A stretch of DNA of 64,000 bases, from the NCBI GenBank assembly GCA_036374835.1, contig DASUTB010000005.1:32708-96707 (forward strand), in the 5' to 3' direction. A program made the position numbers and the translations under genes. Origin of the DNA: Jiangellaceae bacterium. Its GTDB lineage: Bacteria; Actinomycetota; Actinomycetes; Jiangellales; Jiangellaceae. Positions within the stretch are counted from its first letter, which is position 1. Each line of letters begins with the position of its first letter. The notes beneath the pieces were generated by a model that worked only from the letters and a program-made list of their open reading frames with translations, was not told the DNA's origin and made no database searches. Below, in pieces: positions 51,898-62,019 of this stretch.

Positions 51898-52359
51898 ATG
51901 ATCGATCCACGCGGCCCACGTTTCGCCGCAGCCATCACCACCGCCGTTCTCGCCGCTGTACTTGTCACCGGCAACGCCGTGCTGCTCGCCGTTCAGGTCG
52001 GCGTGTTCGCGGTGGCAACCGGGTTCGGGCTGCGCGCTGCGCCTTATGGTCTTGCCTACGCGAGACTCATCCGGCCTCGCCTCGCGCCACCGAACGAACT
52101 CGAGGACGAGCGCCCGCCCCGGTTCGCCCAGGCTGTCGGACTCGGATTCGGCACCGTCGGATTGCTCGCGCTGCTCGCCGGTTGGACAGCCGTCTTCTAC
52201 GTGGCCGTCGCCGCCGCACTCGCCGCGGCCTTCTTGAACGCGGCATTCGGGTTCTGCCTCGGATGTGAGATCTACCTGCTCATCCACCGATTCAGGGCCG
52301 GCGCACCGTCACAAACACAGAGAGCACCGTCACAACCACAGGAGGTCACCACACCATGA
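51898..52359 (+). CDS. DUF4395-like membrane protein
   Basis: 153 aa, four predicted transmembrane segments. Stop overlaps the rhodanese start. Confidence 0.55.
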   Translation: MIDPRGPRFAAAITTAVLAAVLVTGNAVLLAVQVGVFAVATGFGLRAAPYGLAYARLIRPRLAPPNELEDERPPRFAQAVGLGFGTVGLLALLAGWTAVFYVAVAAALAAAFLNAAFGFCLGCEIYLLIHRFRAGAPSQTQRAPSQPQEVTTP

Positions 52360-53207
52360 GCAAACGAGACCAGGTTCTCGTCTCGGCGGATTGGGTCGCC
52401 GAGCACCTCGACGATCCGAATGTCGTACTCGTCGAGGTCGATGAGGACACCGCCGCCTACGACAAGAACCATATCCGCGGCGCGGTCCGGCTGGACTGGA
52501 AGGCCGATCTGCAGGACCCGGTCCGCCGCGACTTCGTGAACAGGGAGCAGTTCGAGGAGCTGCTGTCCGAGCGAGGTATCGGCAACGACGACACGGTGAT
52601 CCTCTACGGGGGCAACAACAACTGGTTCGCCGCGTACGCGTACTGGTACTTCAAGCTCTACGGCCACAACGACGTCCGGCTGCTCGACGGCGGGCGCAAG
52701 AAGTGGGAGCTCGAGAGTCGCGAACTCGTCACCGAGGCGCCGCAGCGCGCCCGCACGTCGTACACCGCGTCGGGGCCGGACCTGTCGATCCGCGCGTTCC
52801 GCGACGAGGTCGTCGACGCCATCGGCACCAATAACCTGGTGGACGTCCGTTCGCCCGACGAGTACGCCGGGCGGCTGCTCGCGCCGGCGCACCTGCCGCA
52901 GGAGCAGTCGCAGCGGCCGGGCCACATCCCGACCGCGGCGAACATTCCGTGGAGCAAGGCGGCCAACGACGACGGCACCTTCCGCTCCGAGGACGAGCTG
53001 CGCCGGCTCTACGGGGACGCCGGCGTCGACTTCGGCAAGGACACCATCGCCTACTGCCGCATCGGCGAGCGCTCGGCGCACACGTGGTTCGTGCTGCACG
53101 AGCTGCTCGGCGTCCAGAACGTGAAGAACTACGACGGCTCGTGGACCGAGTACGGCTCGCTGGTCGGCGTGCCGGTGGCAATCGGCGACGACCCGGGGTC
53201 GGCATGA
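52356..53207 (+). CDS. Thiosulfate sulfurtransferase (tandem rhodanese, CysA/SseA-like)
   Basis: Catalytic CRIGERS loop. Confidence 0.9.
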   Translation: MSKRDQVLVSADWVAEHLDDPNVVLVEVDEDTAAYDKNHIRGAVRLDWKADLQDPVRRDFVNREQFEELLSERGIGNDDTVILYGGNNNWFAAYAYWYFKLYGHNDVRLLDGGRKKWELESRELVTEAPQRARTSYTASGPDLSIRAFRDEVVDAIGTNNLVDVRSPDEYAGRLLAPAHLPQEQSQRPGHIPTAANIPWSKAANDDGTFRSEDELRRLYGDAGVDFGKDTIAYCRIGERSAHTWFVLHELLGVQNVKNYDGSWTEYGSLVGVPVAIGDDPGSA

Positions 53208-53503
53208 GCTGCGCAGCGCCGGAGGGGGGCGCGTCTCTCGAAGGAGTCGATGTCGGATCCGAGGCGGTCATCCAGGGTGTCGTGAAGGCCGGTGGCGGCC
53301 CGGTCGGCGGTGCGTACGTCCGGCTGCTGGACCGCAGCGGCGAGTTCACCGCGGAGGTGCCGACCGGCGACGGCGGCGAGTTCCGCTTCTTCGCCGCACC
53401 GGGCGAGTGGACGCTGCGCACGCTCGCTCCAGGCATCGAGCCTGTCGACCAGCCGGTGCAGGCGTCGCTCGGCGCCGTGGCTGACGTCGAGATCACCGTC
53501 TGA
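53204..53503 (+). CDS. DUF1416 (SseC-like) protein
   Basis: Translationally coupled to the rhodanese (ATGA). Mtb-like cysA2-sseC2 pairing. Confidence 0.7.
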   Translation: MSCAAPEGGASLEGVDVGSEAVIQGVVKAGGGPVGGAYVRLLDRSGEFTAEVPTGDGGEFRFFAAPGEWTLRTLAPGIEPVDQPVQASLGAVADVEITV

Positions 53504-53518
53504 ATGACCACGTTAAGC
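53502..53518 (+). repeat. Box copy 4: GAATGACCACGTTAAGC, fused to the SseC stop (cTGAATGAcc), followed by a 17-bp hairpin
   Basis: Read directly. Mini-ORF MTTLSR. Flanking inverted repeats at 53518-53534 and 53556-53572. Confidence 0.7.
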
Positions 53519-53618
53519 CGGTGATTCCCTGCTTCACGCTCGCTACAGGACGTGTAAAGCAGGGAATCACCGCGCATCGGCCGCCCGGCCACAAGCGCCG
53601 GCACGTAGTCTGACGTCC

Positions 53619-54266
53619 GTGTTGGATCGATGGGTCGAGGACGATCGTCCCGCACTTCCTCTTGTCGTGGCCGTGCTGACCATGTGCGCGATCGCCGGCT
53701 TCGTTTTCGGTGGCGTCCTTGCCTCGCTTCCGGCATCCGGCGGCGGCTCCGCGGATCCGAGCCAGAGCCCGACGGCGACTGAACCGGTCATGGTCGAGGT
53801 CGCCGGTGTGGAGGCTTCGTGCCAGCGCGAGCCCGCACAGGACCATGCCGGCGAGACGGTCGAGTACCTGCCGGAGTTCGTGCACGATGGTGATTCGCAG
53901 ACGGCGTGGCAGTGCCGCGGTGACGGTGCCGGCGAGACGCTGACGTTCGCCCTCGACGAGCCGGCGCCGATCGCCGAGCTCGGCATCGTCCCCGGCTACG
54001 CGAAGGTCGATCCGACCGAGGACACGGACTGGTACCCGCGCTATCGGCGCCTCACCGAGGTCCGCTGGCATTTCGACGAAGGTGATCCGGTCAGCCATGT
54101 GCTCGACCCCGATCCGGAACTACGCGAGCCGCAGTTCATGACGCTGGACGAGGCACGTACAACGTCGACGCTCACGATGGAGATCGTCAGCAGTGAGCTC
54201 GGAACGGACGACTGGCGGAACATGGCCGTCACCGAGGTCGTGATCATGGCATGTGACCGTTGCTAG
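53619..54266 (+). CDS. Hypothetical membrane-anchored protein
   Basis: GTG start; N-terminal transmembrane segment then a soluble domain. Confidence 0.5.
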   Translation: MLDRWVEDDRPALPLVVAVLTMCAIAGFVFGGVLASLPASGGGSADPSQSPTATEPVMVEVAGVEASCQREPAQDHAGETVEYLPEFVHDGDSQTAWQCRGDGAGETLTFALDEPAPIAELGIVPGYAKVDPTEDTDWYPRYRRLTEVRWHFDEGDPVSHVLDPDPELREPQFMTLDEARTTSTLTMEIVSSELGTDDWRNMAVTEVVIMACDRC

Positions 54267-54321
54267 GTGCTCACCGGCGATGCTGGACGGGTAGGTAAGG
54301 GCGGTTGGCTGGGGAGCGGGC

Positions 54322-54338
54322 GCTTTACGTGATCATTC
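54322..54338 (-). repeat. Box copy 5: GAATGATCACGTAAAGC
   Basis: Read directly. Extended similarity to copy 6 (…AGCGCC…CCCCAGCCAA…). Confidence 0.65.
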
Positions 54339-54410
54339 CAGGGTAAGTGTCTTCACCGGATGCCGATCTTTCGTTAGGGTACGCACCAGTAGCGGCGGGA
54401 AGGCACACGG

Positions 54411-55049
54411 GTGGCGGAGTTCCTGGAAACGGCGATCAGCTTTCCGGTCGCCGTGTTCGGCGTGTTGCTCGTCATCGTCATCGGCTACTGGCTGATCGTG
54501 CTGCTCGGTGTCGTCGGGGAGGGGCTGTTCGACGGCGACGTGCCCGACAGCGACGTCGGCATGGCCGGGATGCTCGGTGCCGTCGGACTCGGCGGCGTGC
54601 CGATCGCCGCCGTCCTGTCGTTGTGGATCGCGTTCGGCTGGTTCGGCAGCTTCATCGGGGTCGTGTTTCTCGGCGACGTCGACGCTCTGGACGAGTTCGC
54701 CGAACCGTTGACGGCCGCCGGTGTGCTGGTGCTCGCCATCGTCGCCGGCTATGCGGCGACCTACCTGCTCGTCATCCCACTGCGCCGGCTCATGCCACGA
54801 CCCGATCCACCGCCGCAGCGCAGCGACCTGGTGGGACGCACCTGCGTCGTCCGGACGACCACCGTGGATCACCAACACGGGCAAGCCGAGGTCACCGCCG
54901 AGGATGGCTCATCGGCCGTTATCCAGGTGCGGCAGACCGGTGGTGAGCCGCTTCATGCCGGCAGCAGTGCGCTCATCTTCGACTACGACGCTGACGGCGA
55001 GTACTTCTGGATCACCGTGGCGCCTTCCCATCTACACCCCGAGACGTAA
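54411..55049 (+). CDS. NfeD-family membrane protein (C-terminal OB-fold)
   Basis: GTG start. Transmembrane N-terminus and the conserved partner position upstream of an SPFH protein. Confidence 0.75.
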   Translation: MAEFLETAISFPVAVFGVLLVIVIGYWLIVLLGVVGEGLFDGDVPDSDVGMAGMLGAVGLGGVPIAAVLSLWIAFGWFGSFIGVVFLGDVDALDEFAEPLTAAGVLVLAIVAGYAATYLLVIPLRRLMPRPDPPPQRSDLVGRTCVVRTTTVDHQHGQAEVTAEDGSSAVIQVRQTGGEPLHAGSSALIFDYDADGEYFWITVAPSHLHPET

Positions 55050-55057
55050 GGAAGACC

Positions 55058-56980
55058 ATGCAATCGACTCTTACCGCGGCGGGCTTGCTGGTCGCCGTCG
55101 TCGTCCTCATTCTGCTCGGCCTGGTGCTCATCGTCACCAGGCTGTACAAGAAGGTGGAGCAGGGCCGTGCCTTGATCATTTCCAAGATCCGCGGCGTATC
55201 CGTCACGTTCACCGGCGCCATCGTGCTGCCGGTGTTCCACAAGGCCGAGTACATGGACATCTCGGTCAAGACCATCGACATCGAGCGGACCGGTCACGAG
55301 GGCCTGATCTGCAAGGACAACATCCGCGCCGATATCCGCATCACATTCTTCGTCCGAGTGAACAAGACCGTCGAGGACGTCGTCAAGGTGGCCCAGGCGA
55401 TCGGCACGCACCGGGCCAGCGACCAGGAGACGCTGCAGGAGCTGTTCAACGCCAAGTTCTCCGAAGCCCTCAAGACCGTCGGTAAGCAGCTGGACTTCGT
55501 CGACCTCTACACCAAACGCGACGAGTTCCGGGACTGGATCATCCGGGTCATCGGTACCGACCTGAACGGTTACAGCCTCGAGGATGCCGCGATCGACTAC
55601 CTCGAGCAGACGCCGATGTCCCGGCTGGATCCGGCCAACATCCTGGACGCGCAGGGCATCCGCAAGATCACCGAGCTGACCGCGCTCGAAGCGATCCGGA
55701 CCAACGACTACCAGCGCAACAAGGAGAAGGAAGTCACCCGGCAGGACGTCGAAGCACGCGAGACGATACTCGAACTCGAGCGGCAGCAGGCCGATGCGGA
55801 GATCAAGCAGCGCCGAGAGGTCGAGACGATGCGGGCCCGCGAGGAAGCCGAGATCGAAAAGGTCCAGGCCGACGAGCGGCTCAAGGCGCAGGGCGCGGCC
55901 ATCCGCACCGAGGAGCAGCTCGGCATCCAGCGGGAGAACCAGCAGCGCGAGATCGCGGTGGCCGAGCTCAACAAGCAGCGCGTCGTGGCCATCGAGACCG
56001 AGAAGATCGAGAAGGATCGCCAGCTCGAGGTCGTCAACCGCGATCGAGAGACGGCGCTGGCGACCATCGAGAAGGACAAAGAGGTCGAGACCGAGAAGCG
56101 CTCGGTGGCCGAGATCGTCCGCGAGCGCGTCGCGGTCGACAAGACCGTCGCGGAGCAGGAGGAGAACATCAAACGGGTCCGCACCGTCGAGGAGGCGGAG
56201 CGGAACCGCGAGGCCACGGTGATCGCCGCCGAGGCGCAGGCGCAGGAGCAGCTCGTCAAAGACATCAAGGCGGCCGAGGCGGCCGAGCAGGCGGCCCAGC
56301 ACCGCGCTCGCGAGGAGCTGACGCTCGCCGAGGCGCGGCAGCAGGCCTCGGATCTGGACGCCCGCGCCAAGATCCGGCTGGCCGAAGGTGTTCAGGCCGA
56401 GGTGGCCGCGGCCGGCCTGGCCGAGTCCCAGGTGATCACCGAGAAGGCGGCCGCGATGGCGGCACTGGACGAGGCGAGCCGCTCGCACGAGGAATACCGG
56501 CTCCGGCTCGATATGGAAAAGGAGCTCCGGCTGGCCGGGCTGGACGTGCACCGCCAGGTCGCCGAGGCGCAGGCGTCGGTCATCGCCGCCGGGCTGGAGA
56601 ACGCGGACATCGACATCGTGGGCGGCGAGAGTGTGTTCTTCGACCGGCTGGTCGGCTCGATCACGCTCGGTAAGAGCCTGGACGGGCTCGTCGAAGGCTC
56701 GGACGTCGCGCAGCGGCTCGCCGGTTCGTGGCTCAACGGCGACTCCGACTTCGTCGAGGACATCCGCCACATGCTCGGTTCGGTCGGCACCGACGACGTC
56801 AAGAACATGACCGTCTCGGCACTGCTGCTCAAACTCATGAAGGATGGCGGTCCGGGCGCCGACCAGCTTCAGCGCCTGTTGGACGCCGCACGTGAGCACG
56901 GCGTCGCCGACCAGAAGATCGCGGCGCTGGCCAATCCGGCGGACGACGGACCGTCCGAGCCGGCCACGGCGAAGACGTGA
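55058..56980 (+). CDS. Flotillin-family SPFH/Band-7 protein (YqiK/FloT-like) with long EA-rich coiled coil
   Basis: N-terminal transmembrane segment plus SPFH domain. 640 aa. Confidence 0.85.
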   Translation: MQSTLTAAGLLVAVVVLILLGLVLIVTRLYKKVEQGRALIISKIRGVSVTFTGAIVLPVFHKAEYMDISVKTIDIERTGHEGLICKDNIRADIRITFFVRVNKTVEDVVKVAQAIGTHRASDQETLQELFNAKFSEALKTVGKQLDFVDLYTKRDEFRDWIIRVIGTDLNGYSLEDAAIDYLEQTPMSRLDPANILDAQGIRKITELTALEAIRTNDYQRNKEKEVTRQDVEARETILELERQQADAEIKQRREVETMRAREEAEIEKVQADERLKAQGAAIRTEEQLGIQRENQQREIAVAELNKQRVVAIETEKIEKDRQLEVVNRDRETALATIEKDKEVETEKRSVAEIVRERVAVDKTVAEQEENIKRVRTVEEAERNREATVIAAEAQAQEQLVKDIKAAEAAEQAAQHRAREELTLAEARQQASDLDARAKIRLAEGVQAEVAAAGLAESQVITEKAAAMAALDEASRSHEEYRLRLDMEKELRLAGLDVHRQVAEAQASVIAAGLENADIDIVGGESVFFDRLVGSITLGKSLDGLVEGSDVAQRLAGSWLNGDSDFVEDIRHMLGSVGTDDVKNMTVSALLLKLMKDGGPGADQLQRLLDAAREHGVADQKIAALANPADDGPSEPATAKT

Positions 56981-59900
56981 CCGCCACGCTCGACGCCGGC
57001 ACATATGAGCTGCTCCGGACCCGGCTGGCCGAGCATGCGGGCGAGTTGGCCAGACGGGCCGAACAGCTCAATCAGCGGCGGATCGAGGTGTTCGGTGGCA
57101 CCGAGCTGACGCTGGTCGGCACCGAGCGGATCCGCACCGAGAACAACTGCGTGCCGCGCGACATCGTGCCGCTCGGTGGCGACCGAGATCTCCTTCTGCT
57201 CGGCTACAACGTGTTCATCGGGCTCAAGCCGGAGACGACCGTCGGCGACGTCTTCGCGGTGCACGAGTTCCGCCGCGGCGACGATGGCGGGTTCAGCTTC
57301 GAGCCGGTCGGGACGGACGTCCTGCTCGACGAACAGTTCGAGCGGGACTTCGCCGAGCTCTACCGGTACTACCGCGACACCCGGCTGATGCAGTTGCGCC
57401 GAACCGGGCCATCGGTGCTCGCGGTGTTCCAGACCGGTCCCAACGACGACGACATCCGGGTGTTGCGCTGGCGCATCGGCGAGAACGGCGCCCTGACCTA
57501 CGTCGACAACCGCGGCGAGCGGGAGAACGTCCTGCCGCCCTCGCACGACTTCGAGTGGACCGAGACGACCCGCGAGGATCACGTTCCCGGCAGGTACCCG
57601 CACATCTCGATCGAGGACGAGGTGTTCGTCGACACGCTCGGCGGCGATCTCACGGTCTCGGTCGAGAACAACACCGAAACCGGTGAGGGCATCTACCGCG
57701 AGCCGGTGACCGAGCCGCTGCAGAGCCTGGCCGACGCCGACGTCCACTACGCCCGGGTCGGCCCGCTCATCCTGCTCCGGATCCGCCCCTACAACGAGAC
57801 CGAGTGGCGGCACCTCGTCTTCAACACCCGCACCCACGGCGTCGTCCGGCTCGACGGCATCGGGCAGGCCTGCCAACGGCTACCCGAGGATCACGGCATC
57901 ATCTTCCCTGGCGGCTACTACCTGGCCACCGGGGTCTCCCGCACGTTCGACACGGACGTCACCAACCTGGAGTTCCAGCGGTTGATCCGGTCGCCGAACG
58001 GCGAGGACGTGCTCTACGTCTTCCACGCTCGCGCCGAGGGCCGATCGCTACTGCTGCCGTACAACGTGATCCGCAAACAGGTCGACACACCCATCTACTG
58101 CCACGGGTACTCGGTCTTCGGCGACGGCACCCTTGTGGTCTTCCGGGCCACGTCCGACGAGCCGACCCGGGTCCATCCCATGCAGGTGTGGCGGTCGCCA
58201 TACATGTCGGAAAGCTACGCCGCCAGCCAGCCTGCCGGGACCGGTCCGCTCGAGCGCGTCGGCAACGCGGACCTGGTGCGCGGTATCTCGGACTGCCTGT
58301 CGGTGACGCGCATGCTGGACGAGATGGCGCCGTCCACGCCGGTCTTCGAAGGGATCATCGCGGCCTGCCGCAGGGTGGCCGATCAGTTCCACTGGCTCGA
58401 CGACCCCGAGCTGTTCTCGCTCGGTGAGCCGCTGCGGGAGGTACGGTCCGCCGCCGAGCAGGTGCTCGGTGAGCTCGAGACCGTCGAGGCGCTGACCGCC
58501 CAGGCCGCGACCGCGCTGGACGAGGCCGAGGCGGACATCGCGTCGCTGGTCCGACGCGTTCGGGGCGAGGCGCCCCGGGCAGCGTCGGCCTGGGTCAGTC
58601 AGCTGGCCGAGCTACACCGCGCCGAGGGCCATCTTGTGACGCTGCGCGAGCTGCGCTACGCCGACGTCGAACGCATCGACGAGCTGGCCGCATCGCTGGA
58701 GGCCGACGTCGCCGATGCGGCGAAGCGGGCCGTCACATTCCTGCAGCGCGACGACGCGTTCGCCGATTACCACAGGGAGGTCGAACGGCTCGCCGGCGCG
58801 GCGACGGAAATCCGTACCGTCGCCGAGGCCGCGCCCGTCGACGAAGAGCTCACCGAACAGGCCGAAGCGCTGGCGATCGTCACCGAAGTGGTCGGCACCC
58901 TGGACATCGCCGACGCCACCGTGCGCACGGCCATCCTCGGCCGCATCAGCGAAGTGTTGGCCGGCGTCAATCGGACGCGAGCGGTGCTCGCGGCCCGGCG
59001 TCGTGAGTTGCTCGAGGCCGAGAATCGCGCGGCGTTCGCCGCCGAATTCGCACTGCTCGGGCAGGCCGTGTCGAGCGGGCTGGCACTGGCCGACACCCCG
59101 GAGGCGTGCGATGAGCAGCTCGGCAGGCTGCTGCTGACGCTGGAGAACCTCGAAGCGCGATTCGGTGAGTTCGACGACTTCATGGCCGACCTGGAGGCCA
59201 AGCGGGAGGACGTCTACGAGGCGTTCTCGGCGCGCAAGCAGGCGCTGCTGGACGAACGCGCCCGGCGCGCGGGGCGACTCGCCGAATCGGCCGACCGGAT
59301 CCTCGGCAGCGTCCGGCGTCGAGTCGGGTCGCTCGGGTCGCTGGACGAAGTGAACACCTACTTCGCCTCTGATCCGATGGTGGCCAAGCTGCGGTCGCTG
59401 GCCGACGACCTGCGTGAACTCGGCGACCTGGTCCGGGCCGAGGAGCTCGACGGACGGATTAAGGCGGCTCGGCAGGAAGCGGCACGGGCGCTACGCGACC
59501 AGCTCGACCTTTACGAAGGCAACACGATCCGGCTCGGCCGGCACCGGTTCGCCGTCCACTCGGAGCCGATCGAGCTGACGATGGTGCCCGGCGTGCGACC
59601 GGCCGCTGGCGCGTCCGCTCCCACTGATCACACGGGCGGCTCCGCCGCGGTTGACGCCGTGATGAACTTCGTGCTGACCGGCACCGATTACCGCGCGCCG
59701 GTGCACGACGAGGCGTTCGCGGCGACGCGGCGGTTCTGGGACCAGCTGCTGGTCTCCGAGTCACCCGACGTGTATCGCGGCGAGTATCTCGCGTCGACCA
59801 TCCTGGCCGCCGCGAGCGAGGGCCGGGACGGGCTGTCTCTCGACGGCCTGCATGAGGCGGCGGTCGTGGACGGCGGCCTGCTCGACGTGGTGCGCAGCGT

Positions 59901-62019
59901 CGCGGCCGACCGCTACGACGAGGGCTATGAACGCGGCGTGCACGACGAGGACGCCACCGCGATCCTCGAGGCGCTGCTGCGCCTGCACGCCGGCGCGGGC
60001 GTGCTGCGGTATCCGCCGGACGTGCGCGCGGCGGTGCAGCTGTACTGGGCGTTCGGCGCCTCGGACGACGACAAGGCGTCCTGGGTCGCCCGCGTGGGCT
60101 CGCTCGCGCGGGCGCGCGCCGCGTTCGGGCATGCCAGCGGGATCGCCGAGCTGTGCGCTGAGGCCGGTGGTGCGGTGGCGTCATTCCTCGGCGGAAACCT
60201 GGGTGAATCCACTGTCGCTATAGGTGCAGCAGATTCACCCGGGATCGTTCCGCGCCTGCCGTCTCTTACCGGATCGCGGGCGTCGCTCGCCGGTGAGTAT
60301 CTCTTCGAGGAATTGGCGAGCCAGCCGGACGGGTTCGTGACCGGTGCGGCGGCCAAGCGCCTGCTGCGGCGGTTCCAGCGCAAGCTCGGGGGTGCCCGGT
60401 CGGTATCGCGGCGGGCGTTGGACGGTGAGCTGCGCGCGCTCAGCGACGATCTGGCGGCCCGCCATCAGCTCCTCACGGCGTGGCTGAGCTCCTATGTCGC
60501 GGCTGCGGACGGCGCGGAACCGGCCGCCGAGGCGGACCTGGCCGAGGCGGTGACGCTGGAGCTGTGCGGCCGCGAGGTGACGCACTACGATTCGTCGGCC
60601 GAGCTGGAGGCGACGGTCGAAGGCTTGCTCGGCACGCACCGGCGAATCGCGGACCGCACCATGACGCTACGGCTGGACGAGACGTTGGCCCGCACGCGTG
60701 AGTTCCGGATCGAGCGGGTGCCCGCCTACCGCGACTACCAGCGGCAGCGAAACGCCCTTGTCGAGGCCGAGCGGTCGCGCCTACGTGTGGGCGAGTACCA
60801 GCCCGGTGTGCTCGCCGGCTTCGTCCGCAACCAGCTGCTTGACCAGGTCTATCTGCCGCTGATCGGGGACAACCTGGCCAAGCAGCTCGGCACCGCCGGC
60901 GACGACAAGCGCACCGATCTGTCCGGTCTGCTGATGCTGATCTCACCGCCGGGCTACGGCAAGACCACACTGATGGAGTACCTGGCGAACCGGCTCGGAC
61001 TGGTTTTCGTCAAGGTCAACGGGCCGGCGCTCGGGCATGGTGTCACGTCCATCGATCCGGCGGACGCGCCGAACGCCACCGCGCGCCAGGAAGTCGAGAA
61101 GATCTCCTTCGCGCTGGAGATGGGCAACAACGTGCTGCTGTATCTGGACGACATCCAGCACACGTCGCCGGAGCTGCTGCAGAAGTTCATCTCGTTGTGC
61201 GACGCGCAACGCCGGATGGAGGGCGTCTGGGACGGCCGGACGCGCACCTACGACCTGCGGGGCAAGCGGTTCGCCGTATGCATGGCCGGCAATCCGTACA
61301 CCGGGGCCGGACGGCGGTTCCGGGTGCCGGACATGCTGGCCAACCGGGCCGACGTGTGGAACCTGGGCGACGTGCTGGCGGGGCGGGACGAGCTGTTCGC
61401 GCTGAGCTACATCGAGAACTCTCTGACGTCCAACGCGGTGCTGGCGCCGCTCGCCGGACGGTCGGTCGCCGACCTCAAGCTGCTGCTGCGGCTGGCCCGC
61501 GGCGACGACTCCGCAAGCCCGGACCAGTTGGAGCACAGCTACCCGCCTGCCGAACTCGACCAGGTGCTCGCGGTCCTCGGCAAACTGACCCATGTGCAGC
61601 AGGTGGTGCTGGCGGTGAACCAGGCCTACATCGCGTCCGCCGCGCAGGCGGACGCCTCCCGCACCGAGCCGCCGTTCCTGCTGCAGGGTTCGTACCGCAA
61701 CATGAACCGGCTCGCCGAGCGCATCGTGCCGGCCATGAACGACGACGAACTGGCCGCGCTGATCGACGACCACTACGCCGGGGAGGCCCAGACGCTGACG
61801 TCCGGCGCGGAGGCGAACATCCTGAAGCTGGCCGAGCTACGTGGCCGCCTCACGCCGGAGCAAGCTGAACGCTGGGCTGAGGTAAAGGCCGGCTATCTGC
61901 GGGAGAGGGCGCTCGGCGGTGCCGAGGACGACCCGATCACCCGTGCCGTCGGTGCCGTCGGCCTGCTCGCCGACCAGGTCGCCGCCGTCGAATCCGCCAT
62001 CCGTTCCCACTCAGAATGA
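56977..62019 (+). CDS. Giant (1680 aa) uncharacterised protein with C-terminal AAA_5 (MoxR/dynein-like) ATPase module
   Basis: Start overlaps the flotillin stop (GTGA). Walker A LISPPGYGKTTL, Walker B VLLYLDDIQH, sensor-1-like CMAGNP. N-terminal ~450 aa and the central helical region have no obvious family. Confidence 0.8.
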   Translation: MTATLDAGTYELLRTRLAEHAGELARRAEQLNQRRIEVFGGTELTLVGTERIRTENNCVPRDIVPLGGDRDLLLLGYNVFIGLKPETTVGDVFAVHEFRRGDDGGFSFEPVGTDVLLDEQFERDFAELYRYYRDTRLMQLRRTGPSVLAVFQTGPNDDDIRVLRWRIGENGALTYVDNRGERENVLPPSHDFEWTETTREDHVPGRYPHISIEDEVFVDTLGGDLTVSVENNTETGEGIYREPVTEPLQSLADADVHYARVGPLILLRIRPYNETEWRHLVFNTRTHGVVRLDGIGQACQRLPEDHGIIFPGGYYLATGVSRTFDTDVTNLEFQRLIRSPNGEDVLYVFHARAEGRSLLLPYNVIRKQVDTPIYCHGYSVFGDGTLVVFRATSDEPTRVHPMQVWRSPYMSESYAASQPAGTGPLERVGNADLVRGISDCLSVTRMLDEMAPSTPVFEGIIAACRRVADQFHWLDDPELFSLGEPLREVRSAAEQVLGELETVEALTAQAATALDEAEADIASLVRRVRGEAPRAASAWVSQLAELHRAEGHLVTLRELRYADVERIDELAASLEADVADAAKRAVTFLQRDDAFADYHREVERLAGAATEIRTVAEAAPVDEELTEQAEALAIVTEVVGTLDIADATVRTAILGRISEVLAGVNRTRAVLAARRRELLEAENRAAFAAEFALLGQAVSSGLALADTPEACDEQLGRLLLTLENLEARFGEFDDFMADLEAKREDVYEAFSARKQALLDERARRAGRLAESADRILGSVRRRVGSLGSLDEVNTYFASDPMVAKLRSLADDLRELGDLVRAEELDGRIKAARQEAARALRDQLDLYEGNTIRLGRHRFAVHSEPIELTMVPGVRPAAGASAPTDHTGGSAAVDAVMNFVLTGTDYRAPVHDEAFAATRRFWDQLLVSESPDVYRGEYLASTILAAASEGRDGLSLDGLHEAAVVDGGLLDVVRSVAADRYDEGYERGVHDEDATAILEALLRLHAGAGVLRYPPDVRAAVQLYWAFGASDDDKASWVARVGSLARARAAFGHASGIAELCAEAGGAVASFLGGNLGESTVAIGAADSPGIVPRLPSLTGSRASLAGEYLFEELASQPDGFVTGAAAKRLLRRFQRKLGGARSVSRRALDGELRALSDDLAARHQLLTAWLSSYVAAADGAEPAAEADLAEAVTLELCGREVTHYDSSAELEATVEGLLGTHRRIADRTMTLRLDETLARTREFRIERVPAYRDYQRQRNALVEAERSRLRVGEYQPGVLAGFVRNQLLDQVYLPLIGDNLAKQLGTAGDDKRTDLSGLLMLISPPGYGKTTLMEYLANRLGLVFVKVNGPALGHGVTSIDPADAPNATARQEVEKISFALEMGNNVLLYLDDIQHTSPELLQKFISLCDAQRRMEGVWDGRTRTYDLRGKRFAVCMAGNPYTGAGRRFRVPDMLANRADVWNLGDVLAGRDELFALSYIENSLTSNAVLAPLAGRSVADLKLLLRLARGDDSASPDQLEHSYPPAELDQVLAVLGKLTHVQQVVLAVNQAYIASAAQADASRTEPPFLLQGSYRNMNRLAERIVPAMNDDELAALIDDHYAGEAQTLTSGAEANILKLAELRGRLTPEQAERWAEVKAGYLRERALGGAEDDPITRAVGAVGLLADQVAAVESAIRSHSE

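Noticed and set aside
57804-60970. Multiple 100-240-aa ORFs inside the giant gene on both strands
   Set aside because: All nested in or antisense to a continuous 1680-codon frame with AAA+ motifs. R/P-rich.
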